Positions 47,991 to 61,279 of a stretch of DNA of 64,000 bases are shown here, piece after piece. The notes beneath the pieces were generated by a model, which was given only the letters and a program-made list of their open reading frames with translations, made no database searches and was not told the DNA's origin. Numbering within the stretch: the first letter of the stretch is position 1; each line of letters begins with the position of its first letter. The position numbers and the translations under genes are program-made. Origin of the DNA: Malacoraja senta (Eukaryota); contig CM075979.1 of the NCBI GenBank assembly GCA_038087875.1, positions 81,592,001 to 81,656,000 on the forward strand, in the 5' to 3' direction.

Positions 47991-48445
47991 AACAAGGAAC
48001 TGCAAATACTAGTTTATTCCAAAGATAGAAACAAAATGCTGGAGTAATTTAGCTGATTTGTCCGCATCTCTGGAGAAAATGGATGGGTGATGTTTTGTGT
48101 CGGGGCCCTTCTTCAGACTGACAGTAGACAGTGGAGGGAGTGGAGGGGGGGGGAGAAGGGGGGTGGGGGCGAAGGGCTGGAGGAGAGAAAAGATCACTCA
48201 AGGCCAGCCACAAATGACCTCAAAAGGACCAGGGAAAGTAGAAGCTTTTCAGAGTAGTTGCTAATGAACTAAATTTATACCTATCTTCACCATCCAAAAT
48301 GCACATCAATTAATCTGATGAAGGGTCTCTACCTGAAACGTCACCTATTCCTTTTCTCAACAGATGCTACCTGACCTGCTGAGTTACTCCAGCATTTTGT
48401 ATCTATCTTCGGTGTAAACCAGCATCTGCAGTTCCTTCTTACTCA
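47990..48445. mobile_element. Two oppositely oriented PLE terminal repeats (47990-48120 minus, 48312-48445 plus)
   Basis: CTGATGAAGGGTCTCTACCTGAAACGTCACC at about 48314. Confidence 0.68.
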
Positions 48446-50299
48446 TTTCATCTGTTTGATACTATCAGGTGCACCAATCCAGTCCAATTAAGCATTGTGA
48501 TAACCTTACATGAAAGGCAGGTGATGATGCCACACTCATATGGGAAATACAATTTGGTTGATGTATGTTATTTTCCACAGATCACAAAACATTCATATAG
48601 AATTGCAGTTCAATATTACTTTTAAATACTTGAAAATCTTCCCAGGACCGTTTAACACATAGAAAAAAACTTTATTGCGAGCAAATGACTTTCAATAATG
48701 GTCAAACATTGGAATAAAAAGTTTAGTTTTATTAATTTTATTAACAGTATTTGCTGTAGTGCACACACATAGAACAAATAGTCACATTTTCAATCACACC
48801 TGAGAATGTTGCTTCAGGAATTGTTAATATCAATAGTTCCAAAATCACTTTATTAAGACCTATGAGTCCAAATCCTTACTATAAGTGGATACATTTTATA
48901 CATTCCTTTCACTCGCTCCGCATGGCATTCTCACTCAATTCTGTGCCATGCAATATATGAATATATAAATAAAACTCTATAAGGGGAGAATTAGTATATC
49001 ACTTCATTAATTTTACTTTAGCTGAAGCCCCTTTTCCATTTGCCTAATTAGCACATGATTTCAGTGATAGTTTTGCATCATTGCTTCTGTACCAAGTCAA
49101 GTCTTCAGCTCTTCACCATTTCTATATCACTTGCAGTAATTAAAAACGATGCTTTAAAGTCAATGTCCTTTGCATGAAAATCGGATTCTGATATATGTAG
49201 CACGTCACTAACCTCAGCTATGAACTTCTATGGACTGTTTTTGTTTGCACTAAGACGATGTGATTTTATTTACACTAGTATTGTGTGTATTAATTTATTG
49301 TTTTTCTTTCTTTGTTCATTATATGTTACCTGTGTGTGTATTGCGTTTACAGGCTTGTGGTGCTGCTGCCAGTAAGAATTTCATTGTCGGAACATATGAC
49401 AATTAAACATTCTTGCCTATATAACATGATTAAAAATCGCTAAAACTTATGAACCTCGGCATAATGGCATACTTTTTTCATGAGGCTTTATCAATTGATC
49501 CTGAAACTACCCATTGTTGAAGGATTATCCCCTGGTCTCACGATCCAGTGAGACTTTAGATTCACACTTCCTTGCTTAATAGGCAACGGGCCATTATTAG
49601 TATAATATAAAGTGAAACCAAGAGCAGCGTGGCAATGGCAGAAGTCTTCGGGACAATCCAGTAACTCTACCAGTCAATGCAAAGATGGAGTTCTTTATCC
49701 CGATTTCAATCAGTCTTCTTCCACCTGCCTTTTATCCCATTGGGCGTAGCGAGGTGGCCAAAAAAAGCAGACAAAAAACCCTACAATGCATGAGATAGAG
49801 ACACAAGGAACTGCAGATGCTGGTTTACCAAAAAAAAGACAATGTGCCGAGTAACTCAGCGAGATGGGCATAGGGCTTGACATATGCAAATTTATGAAAC
49901 ATCTGGAGTTTTGAAATGAGAGACTTTTGGCGTGCACCGAATTCCAATTTATAAATAACGGATCCGGCAAAAAATGTATCAAATTCCAAAGCCTCAAACG
50001 TCAAGTTTGGCAAAATCTCCAAAGAACGAACGGTGATGAAATCTGAACAAGAATAGCCAAAATTAATCCAACCGTAATTTTGGATAAAAAATAAATGCGA
50101 TTAATTAAAAAACAAAAACAAAACTTAAGCCGCACCTTTGGGATCTGATGGACATTAAAAAAAAAAAAAAACTCGTGAAATAAGCTGTAAATAAAAAAAA
50201 GGAAATGAAAATAGTGCGTTGGAACTTGGGGGTCATATGAAAGCTAACCTCTTGTGCACTACATTCTGCCCCGCTGCTGTTGATCTTTGATCTCACGTC

Positions 50300-52760
50300 C
50301 CTGGATTTTTTTTTTGCGCAAGGCAAGGTTACAGAGGCAGCGTCTGTGCGTCTGACAAAAGGTTTGGAGGCAGCCCCCAGGAACGGTCGCTCAGCCTCCA
50401 GCCAGTGAGTTGCCGACTCTCCGGGTCGTCTGACAGACGGGACTAGGGTTGCTGCACACTCACGTACTCGCTCGGTAGCGTGTGTGTTAACCTAATCCCT
50501 CCAGAGGAGCGCAGCACACTTTAGACTCAAGCGTGTGTGCCCGTGGATGAGTCGGTCTCACACACACGCACTCTCTCTCTCTCTCTCTGTCTGTGTGTAT
50601 CTTTCGCTCTGTCCCTCCGTCTTAATCGCTCGCCACGGCCGTCTGAGAAGAAGAGGTGGACAAAAGCCCCGGCCGGTGGCTGGTTTCAGCGGCACCCCGC
50701 CCTACAGCGCGCCGACAGCAGCCTCTCCGGGCAGCGCGGCGGCGGCGGCGGCGGTGGTGGTGGTGGGGAGAAGAGAGAAAGGCGAGCCGGAGAGGAGGCG
50801 AGGAGGCAGCGCTGCCGGGCCACACAACCGCCAGGTGAGACAGACTAGCTGCGTGGAGACGGGGGCTCTCTTTATTTGCGCGCCGCGATGCCTGGAAGTT
50901 GTGGAGCCGTGTATTTCCGTGCTGGCAGAAAATGGCGCCCCCGGGGCTGGGCTTCTGCCCCGGGACAGGGGACGGAGACGGGGCCGGGGAGAGAGAGAGA
51001 GAGTGGGACAGGGGGGGGCAGAGGCAGAGGCCGCCGCCGCCGCCGCCACTACTATCCTGGGCGCGGCGCGGTGCGCGGCCCGCCGCCCGCTTTTACGAAT
51101 TAAAATCTCAAGGCATCTACGCCAGACCTTGCTTGCAATGTATATTTTACGCGTTACAGGAAAAGTGCATCTGCAAGCGGGGAAGGTGGCTGTTTATTAA
51201 CACATATGTGATAATATTTATTTTAAAACAAACAGGGGGGGAAAACATGTGATCTCTTTTTTTTTTCGCGATGTAAGGGCGAGGGTGGGAGAAAAAAAAG
51301 AAGCCGGGGGTTTGGATTTATATTTAAACACAAAGGACACGGCGCACGCAGCCGTTTCAGCTTCGGCGTTAGGGCTTCCCAAGCCCCCGGGGCTGTGAAA
51401 GGCGCGTAAAGGCGGAAGGAAGGGTGATTCCCGGTGTGGTGCGCCAAGCCGCCGCTCTTGCCGCCCCTTCACCGGGGCGTTGGACAGCGCTCCGGCCGCC
51501 GCAGCCAGTCTCACTCACTCCCAGCCGCGCCACTAATACCCCCCCCCTCCCCTCCCCTCCCTCCCCTCTCTATCTCTCTATCCCATCCTCAAGAGGAACC
51601 TCCCCTCCCCACACACCACCACCAACCCACCTTTCAAAAACAAAAAACCTGCTAAATAATAACAAAATAACAAAACGAAAGCGGCTTGCATATTTTTTTT
51701 CCTCCTGGCCCATTTTGGATGTTTGGGCTGCTGGCATTATTACTGTGAGTGTATGTGTGTGTGTGTGTGTGTGTCTGTGCATCAGTGCTTGTACTGCACA
51801 GTGCCCACTCTTGCTCACTGCCTGTCTTTGCGCCACAGACACTCTCTCTCTGGCGAGGGGACTGCAGACTTGCGGGGCACCATTAAACGCACACACTAAA
51901 AAAAAAACACAACCCTTTACAGTTTTGTTTTGTTGCCTTCAATTGTGCCTTTCATCAAGTTAATCTGCCTTTTTTTTAATGGTCCAACATCGAGTCCTTC
52001 CTTCCTTTTCCCCCCCCTCCTCCCTCTCTCTATTTATTTGTTGGCAAAGTCTCTCCTAGAGACCGTTTTTCTCTGTGTCCCGGTCTCTTCCCACCGTCCC
52101 CCTTTTGGCTAACAAGAGGGCGATGCAGATGGTGGCGGGGGTGAGGGAGGAGGAGGAGGAGGAGGAGGAGAAGGGGGCGGCTGTGGCGAGGGGTTTGCGT
52201 CCACAAGCGGGAAGCTGCGCCACCGACCGGCCCGTGGCCTTACGCACCCTGGGAGCTGCTCCGTGGAGCGGCTGCCTGAGAGAGTCCGGAGACCGGCCGC
52301 ATCCGCTGCCTCTGCCCCGGCCCGGCCCCTTGCCCAGCCCGCTTCTCCCCGCCCCGGGACCGGGCACCCACACCCACACCCACACCCAGCCGCCGCCGCT
52401 GCCTGCGCGCCCGGGGAAGGCGGTCCACACCCCCGGCCGCTCCAAACTTTTCCACGGCGGGCGATGTTTCGCTGAGCTGCGGATAAAACGGCGCCCGGCT
52501 TTTCTCTCTCTCCCCCCCCCCCCCACCCCTACTGCCCCGCCGCCGACCCCGCTTGTTTAAAAAAAAAGAAAAGAAAGCGAAACACTTCCACGGCGGCGGC
52601 GGAGAAAGAGAGAGCGGCGCCCGGCCCGTGTTCCCTTCTCTCGGGCCGGGTCCCGCCTCCCGCCTGTTCTGGGTTGCGCCCCGCCGGCCGCGGACATCTC
52701 TGGCACGGCCATCCCAAAACAATCTTAAACCAACCCTCCCTCCCGCACAGCGTCCCCTGC
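50300..52760. promoter_or_regulatory. CpG island, probable promoter and first exon(s) of an unidentified gene
   Basis: TE-free and GC/CpG-rich in an otherwise CpG-depleted window; (CT)n, (GGC)n, (GCC)n, (GAG)n tracts; GC boxes. Confidence 0.85.
50500..50834 (+). other. Candidate non-coding first exon (start approximate)
   Basis: Consensus donor CAG|GTGAGA after 50834 inside the CpG island; (GGC)n 5'UTR-like tract. Confidence 0.45.
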
Positions 52761-53300
52761 TCCCCCCCCCCCCCATTCACTCCAACATTACGTCCAAACA
52801 CCTCCCTCCCTCTCCCCATTCCTGCCCCATCCCTCCTCCCTATGACTTCCTCCCCACTGTCGCCACGACACCCTCCTTCCCAACCCCACATTCCGACCAT
52901 TGCCGCAATCTCTCACCTCATTCCCACCCTCCCTCCTTGTTTCCTCTTCCCCCCCAACACCCTACCCGCATCACCCCAACTCTATACCCCTTCCTCACTG
53001 GTACCCCATCCTTCCTGCCCCACACCAGATGCCATCCTTCCCTCCCCTCTCCATCCCAACACCCCCCCTTCCGTCCCACCCTCAAATCACTCCCTCACCC
53101 CCACCCCACCCATGGTTTCCTCCACCCCTCCATCTCCACCCCTGCCTCATACCAACCCCGGGCCTCCCTCTAGCTCTGCCCCCCTACCTCCACACCTCCC
53201 TCCATCTCCCTCTCCCTCAAACCCTCCTTCATCCCCACCTTTACCTCTCCATGCCTCCTCGTGGCCCAACTGTGCACGATTGCCCCTCCTCTCCTCGCCT
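52730..53300 (+). repeat. C-rich low-complexity tract
   Basis: Extreme C/G strand skew. Confidence 0.8.
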
Positions 53301-53671
53301 ATGCTTGTGGTCTACCCTGCACTTTGTCAATCAAGTCCATGATCTGAACCATTCATCCTCTTTCCCTCACCACAGCCTTCATTAAGCGTTTCCAGCATCT
53401 TCAGTATTTTATCACAAATCCCTTCCACTAATAGCTCCCCAATCTTTCTCCACTGAATCATTTGCAAAGTGTTTTTTAAGATGTTATTGACATTGATCTC
53501 AGGTGGTACTTATCTGCTAACAGATCCTTAGCTTGAGTTTCACCTGGACCATTTGGTTTTCAGACGCTATTACAGTTTTGGCCCAAATATGGGCTTGTAA
53601 GATGACATCTGTGGGTACCAAAACACTAACCCTTGAGGTTAAAGTAGCATTAAAAAGCTCTTGTAAACTAT

Positions 53672-53778
53672 TAGGTGGACAAAAATGCTGGAGAAACCCA
53701 GCAGGTGAGGCAGCATCTATGGAGCGAAGGAAATACGCGGTGTTTCAGGTCGAGACCCTTCTTCAGACTCAAGAAGGA
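53672..53778 (-). mobile_element. PLE terminal-repeat insertion
   Basis: Direct repeat TCTTGTAAACT (53659-53669 and 53779-53789). Confidence 0.72.
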
Positions 53779-55019
53779 TCTTGTAAACTCTTTGTTGCTG
53801 GGGTAAAAAAATGTGGATTCTTGTGGGTGAAGGCCTGTCACCTCATCCCCAGGACTTGATTGCAGCAGGATCGAGGTTCAAGTCAAGAGTGTTAATTATC
53901 CTATGCATCTTGACTTGAACAACGGAATTCTTCTTTGCTGTGGATGTACAGGCCCATTAAATGAAACAATGCAACAAATAAAATATACAGTAAGTTACCA
54001 GTTGTTCTATGTAAAGTAGATCATGATGGTGCAAGTACATACTGTAGTCGTGCAAAGTCCATAGTATTTGGTGCTGTGGTAGGGTTGTGACGGTGGTGTG
54101 GTGTGGTCAGGATGGTGTTGGCCCTTTGATGATATTAGCCGCCTTCTTGAGGCTTTGCTTCCTGTAGATCCCTTTCGATGATGGGGAGGTCCATACGCGT
54201 GATGCACCGGTCAATATCCACAATCTTCTGCAGTCTTCTTCATTCTTGGGCCTTCTGATTATCGGACCAGGCCGTGGTGCAACCAGTCAGTATACCCTCC
54301 ACTGTCCGCCTGTAGAAGATGGGTAGAGTATTTGCTGCCCTGCCGCATCTCCTCAAACCTCCAAGGATGTGAAGGCGTTGGCGTGCTTTCATTATAACTG
54401 CTTCAATATGCTAGGCCCATGACGGATTATCAGAGACGAGTGCGCCCAGAAATTTGGAGCTTTTGACTCTCTCCACCAAATTCCCACCAATTAAGACAGG
54501 TGCATGGTTCCACAGTTTTCCCTTCCTGTAGTCGGCAATCAGCTCGTTGATCCTGCTGACTTTGAGACCAGGATTGTTGTTCTGGTAACACTCAACCAGA
54601 TCACTGATCTGCCTTCTGTACGCTGACTCATCATAACCCATTACGGGTCCAATGATAATGGTATCATCAGCAACTGTAAAGCTCGTGCTGGACCTGTGTC
54701 TGGTTGTGTAGTCAGGGGTAAAGAGAGAGTAAAGCAGGGGTCTCCAGTATATGCACAGAGCCTTGAGGTGCCACTGGGCTCATGGTCAGCAAGAAGGGAG
54801 TGTTGTTGTTAATTCATACTGATTGCTGTTAGTCAATGAGAAAGTTGAGCAACCAGTTGCATACGGTGGAGCAGAGACCCAGTACTCCGAGTTTGACGAT
54901 GAGCTTTGAAGGTTGACCTCCGAGCTGCAGTCAATGAACAACAGGTTGGTGTAGCTGTTTCTATTGTCCAAGTGAACCAGTGCAGAGCGGAGAGCCAGAG
55001 AGTTTGTGTCCACTGTCCA

Positions 55020-55268
55020 TTTGTTTAGTTTAGTTTCGAGATACAGCCCGCTGAGTCAGCGATCCCCTACAGACAATTTACCATTTTTACCAACGCCATA
55101 TTATCCCGCAAACCCGTACGTCTTTGGAATGTGGGAGGAAACCGGAGCACCCGGGGAAAACCCATGGGGAGAACGTACAAACTACGTCCAGACGGTACCC
55201 GTAGTCAGGGTCTAAGCCAGGTCTCTGGCGCTGTAAGGCGGCAACTCTACCCATCCGCCACCGTGGCA
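55020..55268 (-). mobile_element. V-type SINE
   Basis: SINE consensus match. Confidence 0.8.
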
Positions 55269-56349
55269 CTCTTGTGGTGGAAGGCAAATTGAGGTGGGTC
55301 CAGACCATTACTGAGGCAGGAGTTGATTTGTATTGTAACCAACCTCTCAAAGCACTTCATCACCATGGATGTGAGTGCCATCGTTCTGTCATTATTGAGG
55401 CAGAATACCTTGTTGTTCTTGCACTGTTAAGGATGTCCTTTTAGAGCAGGTTGGGACGTTGGACTACAGTCATAAGATGTCCGCAAAAACTCCAGCCAGT
55501 TGGTACATGTGGGTTTTAAGAACACAGCCTGGTGCACCTCCTGTTATGGGGAGAAGGCAGGAGAATGGGGTTAGAAGGGAGAGATAGATCAGCCATGATT
55601 GAATGGCAGAGCAGACTTGATGGGCCGAATGGCCTAATTCTTCTCCTATCCCTTCTAACCTTATGACACCACCTAGGCCGGATGTTTTCCAAAGGTTCAC
55701 CGTCATGAAGGATGTTGTAATGTCGACTTTGGAGACTGAGATCATCATTTTGTCAGGGGGCGTGGGGGCTCGTTGAGATACATAGCTGTTCTCCCTTTCG
55801 AGGTGAGCACAGAAATCATTGAGTTCATCTGGGAGTGATGCACCGTTGACACAGTTTCACCTTGGAGGAAGTGACGTCGTGCAGGCCCTGCTAACGTTGC
55901 CCGGCATGCATCTGAGTCTACAGATTAGTCCGTAAGAATCTCTTTACGTTTGAGATGGCCTTCTGAAGGTCGTGCCTGGACTAGTTGTAGGACTCTGGTA
56001 CACCTGACTTGAACAGGTGTCTTGAGGTTATGGGGAGGCGGCAGAAGAATGGGTTAGGAGGGAGAGATCGATCAGCCATGATTGAATGTCAGAGTAGACT
56101 TGATGGGCCGAATGGCCTAATTCTACTCCTATTCCTTATGACCTTATGACACTGCAGATCTGGCCCTCAGTAGATTGAGGACCTCCTGTTTAATCCAAGG
56201 CTTCTGGTTAGGGAACACTCAGATGATCTTGGAAGGAACGCACTCCTCCACACTTTCCTTTATGTAGTCAGTAACGACTGTGGCATATTCATTCAGGTTA
56301 ATTGATAAGCCCTTGAAAATTGCCCAATCTCTGAAGTCACAAGTCACTA

Positions 56350-56545
56350 CTTTAGATTTTGGAGCTACAGCGTAGAAATAGGCCCTTCGGCCCAGCAAGT
56401 CCATGCAAACCAGCGATCATCCCGTACACTACTTCCATCCTACACGCTAGGGCCAATTTACAATTTTACCAAAGCCAATTATCCTACATCTAAGTAATGT
56501 GGAAGGAAACCGGAGCACCCGGGAAAAACTCAAGCAGTCACAGAA
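56350..56545 (-). mobile_element. V-type SINE 3' half
   Basis: SINE core and tail match. Confidence 0.72.
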
Positions 56546-57049
56546 TGGTACTTTGTCACATGTACCGAGGTATAGTGAAATGCACAAATGTTTGTATATT
56601 GTTCAGTACTAGTATCACTATACCTAACACTTACCGTAGTACATCCTAGATAAGCATCTCAGATACAGTACAAGAGCATAGTATTAAGTACACTGAGACT
56701 GGAAACAGAGTTGCCAGATCTGGAGCCATTTTCAAGTCCCCATTGTTATAGGTGTAGAGTTCTTATCCTGACCATGAAGGCCCATTGTCCTGGAGGTGTT
56801 GTAGGGTCGTCCTGGCCAAGAGTAGCTGTTGGTACCCTCCACTGCACTGTGCCATTGCAGGCCACATCCAGTCCACGTGCTAGACCTCTTGATTCAGTCG
56901 AGCCCCAGGCTGTTCCTTCAGTGCATTGTTTACGCAGCAGGCAGGTTCCACCCCTCTATTACCATATTCCTCTGTGTCACTCTGTGTGCAAAATGATCTG
57001 TGGGATTGAGGCCTGTACCGCTTTGCTTGGTACCCATCCTCTGGACTAT

Positions 57050-57350
57050 TAGTTTAATTTAGTTTTGAGATTACAGCGCGGAAACAGGCCCTTCGGCCCA
57101 CTGAGTCCGCACCGGTCAGCGATCCACGCACATTAGCACTACCCTACACACACTAGGGACCATTTTACATTCACACCAAGCCAATTAACCTACAAACCTG
57201 TACGTCTTTGCAGTGTGAAAGGAAACCAAAGATCTCAGAGTAATCCCACGCAGGTCATGGGGGGAACATCCAAGCACCCATAGTCAGGATCGAACCCAGG
57301 TCTCTGGCGCTGTAAGGCGGCAGCTCTACCACAACGCTACCATGCCGCCC
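57050..57350 (-). mobile_element. V-type SINE
   Basis: Full-length match. Confidence 0.85.
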
Positions 57351-57529
57351 CTGGGCCACATTATTTCAGTGAGTGATCCAACTAACCTCTGGCCTGGATA
57401 CCTCCTGCAATCTTTCTGGGTGTCTTTCCCCACACCCAAAAAAACCTTGAGAACATTCAGACCTGGAGTAATAATTAGGAAGTATCACGTGCAATTAATA
57501 AATGATCTGCAGTGAGCATCTCCAGCAAG

Positions 57530-57835
57530 AGACAGCGGTAGAGTGTGCGGCCCTACAGCACCAGAAACCCAGTTTCGATCCTGGCTACGGGTGCCTGTAT
57601 GTTGTACGAAGTTTGAACGCTCTCCCCGTGACCGTGTGAGTTTTCTCCGATAACTTTGGTTTCTTCCCACACTCCAAAGACGTACAGGTTTGTAGGTTAA
57701 TTGGTTTGGTATAAACGTGGAAATTGTCCCTACTATAGGATAGTGTTGATATGCGGAGATCGCCGGTCAGTACAGACTCGATGGGCCGAACGGCCTGTTT
57801 CCGTGCTGTATCTCTAAACTAAAAACGAAACTAAA
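57530..57835 (+). mobile_element. V-type SINE
   Basis: Near full-length match. Confidence 0.83.
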
Positions 57836-57889
57836 GTGGGTCTTGTCCTGTCTCTCCATTAGCTTTCTCACATCTTAAACACCGAATCG

Positions 57890-58137
57890 ACAACGACCAG
57901 CGATCCCCGCACATTAGCCCTACTCTACACACCAGGGATTTTTTTTTACATTTATACCAAGCTAATTAACCTACAAACCCGTACGTCTTTGGAGTGTGGG
58001 AGGAAGCCAAAGATCTCCGAGAGACCCACGCAGGTCATGGGAGAACCTACAAACTCCGTATAGACAAGCACCCGTAGTCAGAATCGTAACCCTGGGTCTC
58101 TGGTGCCGTAAGACAGTAGCTCTCCTGCTATGCCCCC
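57890..58137 (-). mobile_element. V-type SINE
   Basis: SINE core match. Confidence 0.8.
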
Positions 58138-58345
58138 ATCTGGTCCTGATTGTTTGTTGAAGAAAAGGACCTCCTAGTTTTGTGAAGCAAAATATAAAAT
58201 AATCATATCCAATGACTATTTGGGAATTCAAGTCTAATTGCTGCCATAACAATTCATGTAAAGAGATTTTTGAAAAAACACATTAGTCAAATTGAGATTA
58301 TTGCCATATACACATGTGGTGGTACACATGCAGGTACAAAAAAAA

Positions 58346-58553
58346 GTAGACAAAAATGTGGGAGAAACTCAATGGGTGAAGCAGCATCTATGGAGCGAAG
58401 GAATAGGTGATGTTTCCGGTCGAGACCCTTCTTCAGACTGAAGAACAGGAACGTCACCTATTCCTTTGCTCCATAGATGCTGCCTCACCCGTTGAGTTTC
58501 TCCAGCATTTTTATCTACCTTCTATTTTTCCACCATCTGCAATTCTTTCTTAT
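58346..58553. mobile_element. Palindromic Penelope-derived element
   Basis: Inverted arms; imperfect TSD CAGGTACAA.AAAA. Confidence 0.75.
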
Positions 58554-58719
58554 ACAGGTACAATAAAAGCATCTTGCCTGCAGCAGCATCACAGGCATAG
58601 TCTCAGACAATATACAAAAACGTAAATTAGTCATAAATTCTACAGGACTGTGAAAAGAAAAAGAGAACACATTGCAAAAGACAAGATATTTGTGCAAAAT
58701 GGAAAACCAGTCCATGAAG

Positions 58720-58960
58720 TTCATAAGTTTACCAGTTACAGGAGCAGAATTAAGCCATTCAGCCCATCAATGGTTAGGCCATTCAGCCCATCAATGGTTC
58801 ATTCCAATCATGGTTGATCTAAATTTCCCTCTCAACCCCATTCTCCTGCCTTCTCCCCATAACCCCTGACACCCTTAACAATCAAGAACCTATGAATCTC
58901 CAGCCTGGTCTCCAAAGCCTTCAATGGAAATTAATTTCACAGATACACTGCCCTCTAACT
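58720..58960 (-). mobile_element. CR1 3' fragment
   Basis: CR1 3' UTR reverse complement. Confidence 0.7.
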
Positions 58961-58964
58961 AAAG

Positions 58965-60400
58965 AAATTAAAGTGGTTTGTAGTGTTCCATTGCTGAGGT
59001 AAGGTGAGGTTTGTGCAGGTTGGTTCAAGGATCTCATCGTTGTCGGAAAGTATCTGTTCCTGAGACTGTTGGCGTGTGACTTCAGGCATCTGTATCTCCT
59101 GTCTGACGGTAGGAGTGGGAAGAGGGAATGGCCCCAGATGGTGGACACATGTTGCCTTGAGGTGGCACCTCATGTAGGTGCTTTTGCTGATGGGGCGGGC
59201 TGGCCCATGATGGACCGGGCTGAGTCACATTCTCTGCAACCTCATGTGTTGGAATTGTTATATCTGACCATGATGCAACCACGTGGGATATTTTCTGCTG
59301 TGCCTCTCCACAAGTTTGTTAGAGTCGTGGGGACATGCCAAATGTCTTCAAAATTCTAGGAATATAGAGGCACTCCCTCCCGTCTTTTTCATGATGACAT
59401 TTATATGCAAGGCCCAGGACAGGTTATTCATGATGTTATTGCCGAGGAATTTGAAACTGCTAACTCTCTCCATCATCGATCCAACAAAAAAAAAAAGTAC
59501 TATGGACACAAAATGCTGGAGTAACTCAGTGGGTCAGGCAGCTTCTTTAGTTTAGTCCAGTTTAGTTTGGAGAGACAGTGCAGAAACGCCCTTCTGCCCA
59601 CCCAGTAAATATCGCATTATCCCCACTATCTTACACACTAGGGAAATTTTACTGTAGCCAATTAACCTACAAACCTGTATGTCTTTGGAGTGTGGGAGCA
59701 AACCAGGGCGCCCGGAGAAAACCCACACAATCGGAGGGAGAAAGTACAAACTCCGCAGTCAGGATCGAACCCGGACCTCTGGCAATGTAAGGCAGCAACT
59801 CTACTGCTGTGCCTCTGTGCCGCCCTGAGGTGTATCTGTTCATGGTGTCAGTGAGGAGGAGATGTTACCGATTTTCACTGATGGAGCTCTGCTGATGAGG
59901 AAGTCAAGGATCCAGTTGCAAAGAGAGGTACAGGGGCCCAGATCTTAGTGTAACTCAGCAGGTCAGGCAGCATCTCTGGAGAGCATGGATAGATGACATT
60001 TCCAGCCAGGACCCTACCCACGTTCTCCAGAGGTGGTGCCTGACCCTCTGGCTTACTCCAGCACTTTGTGTGTCTGTCTCACCTGGAAGGGTTGTTGAGG
60101 GCCCTCGATGGAAGTGAGAGGTGAGGTGTTGACACAGTTGAGTTTGGAGATGATGATAGTGTTTAACGCCGAGTTGTATTCGATGAGCAGCAGCGTGGCA
60201 TTATGTGATCCTGTTATCCAGATGATCCTGTGGAGAGGCAGTGAGATAGCATCCATTCTTGACTTGTCGGGGCAGGAAGCCACTTGAAGTGGATCCTGTT
60301 TCAAAAATGGCCTGGCAATAAACCACTTGAGGCACTTCATTACAATGGAAGTAAGTCCCACCGGATGGTGGTCATTGAAGCAGGTCACCATGCTCTTTGT
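58965..60400 (-). mobile_element. Fragmented Rex1/Babar LINE
   Basis: GHSLFPLLPSDRRYRCLK; FNDHHPVGLTSIVMKCLK..QDPLQ...DAISL...LLLIEYNSALNTII. Confidence 0.75.
59548..59826 (-). mobile_element. V-type SINE
   Basis: SINE consensus match. Confidence 0.8.
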
Positions 60401-60660
60401 GTACAATAGAGGCCTTACCTTTGCACCCCTCCGCCCCACCTCAACAAGCTCTGCATTTGCCATAACGTAGAGCTTTTCTTCCTTCGCCTCTGCCTCTGTG
60501 CCTTCTTCTATGGGAAGGAGTCCATTTCGCCCAGTGATGACCCCTTCTCTCATCTCCAACACCCCTCCTCTTGGACAGTACAATACATGCCCTTTGAAGC
60601 AGACCGCAAAAGTGAGAGGTCGAGAATGTCCTTGTATAATCCAGCCAGTTGGTAAGCATG

Positions 60661-60880
60661 AGGTAGATACAAAATGTTGGAGTAACTCAGCGGATCGGGC
60701 AGCATCTCTGGAGAAAAGGAATCGGTTTCGTTTCGGCTCGGAATCCTTCTTCAGACCCTGTCAGACCGAAGGATTCCAACCAGAAACGTCACCCACGGAG
60801 ATACTGGCTGACCCGCTGAGATACTCCAGCATCATGTGTCGATCTCCGGTATAAACCAGCATCCGCAGTTCCTTCCTGCA
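60661..60880. mobile_element. Palindromic Penelope-derived element
   Basis: Inverted terminal-repeat arms plus 3' extension. Confidence 0.7.
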
Positions 60881-61007
60881 TGGTTGGTCAGCACAGGTCT
60901 TTTGTACTCGGCCTGAGCCGAGTGCTCTGTGTGCAATCACCCCCTTCAAGTATTCTCTGCCGGTGTGTCATTGTTCCCCCTCACAAAGTGAACATGAAAG
61001 GCGTTGA

Positions 61008-61130
61008 AGGTAGACACAAAATGCTGGAGTAACTCAGTGGGACAGGCAGCATCTCTGGAGAGAAGGAATGGGCGACGTATAGGGTCGAGACTACCTTCGA
61101 TTTAAACCAGCATCTGCAGTTCTTTCCTGC
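61008..61130. mobile_element. PLE terminal-repeat insertion (centre deleted)
   Basis: Imperfect TSD ACATGAAAGGCGTTGA/ACATAAAAGGTGTTGA. Confidence 0.7.
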
Positions 61131-61279
61131 ACATAAAAGGTGTTGAGCTCACCTGCAAGCGATTCTCCCCAGTTGTGCCTTGTCGGAGGTGATACTGTGC
61201 TGTGTGAGACTCCAGCTCAGTCCAGAGTTATCTCTCTGTGCTCACTGTGGCCTTCGTGTGGTTGTACCTGGACTTCTAG

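Larger units (their letters stand above)
53875..57000 (-). mobile_element. Old, fragmented Rex1/Babar LINE with nested SINE and CR1 insertions
   Basis: VERVKSSKFLG, SLAL.SALVHLDNRNSY..LLFID.SS, VLKT...QLAGVFADI, VVTDYIKESVEECVPSK. Confidence 0.75.

Noticed and set aside
50535-53385. Long overlapping ORFs (150-220 aa) in the CpG island and C-rich tract
   Set aside because: Low-complexity Gly/Ala/Pro/Arg translations on both strands, mostly non-ATG starts, no domain motifs; expected from GC-rich DNA.
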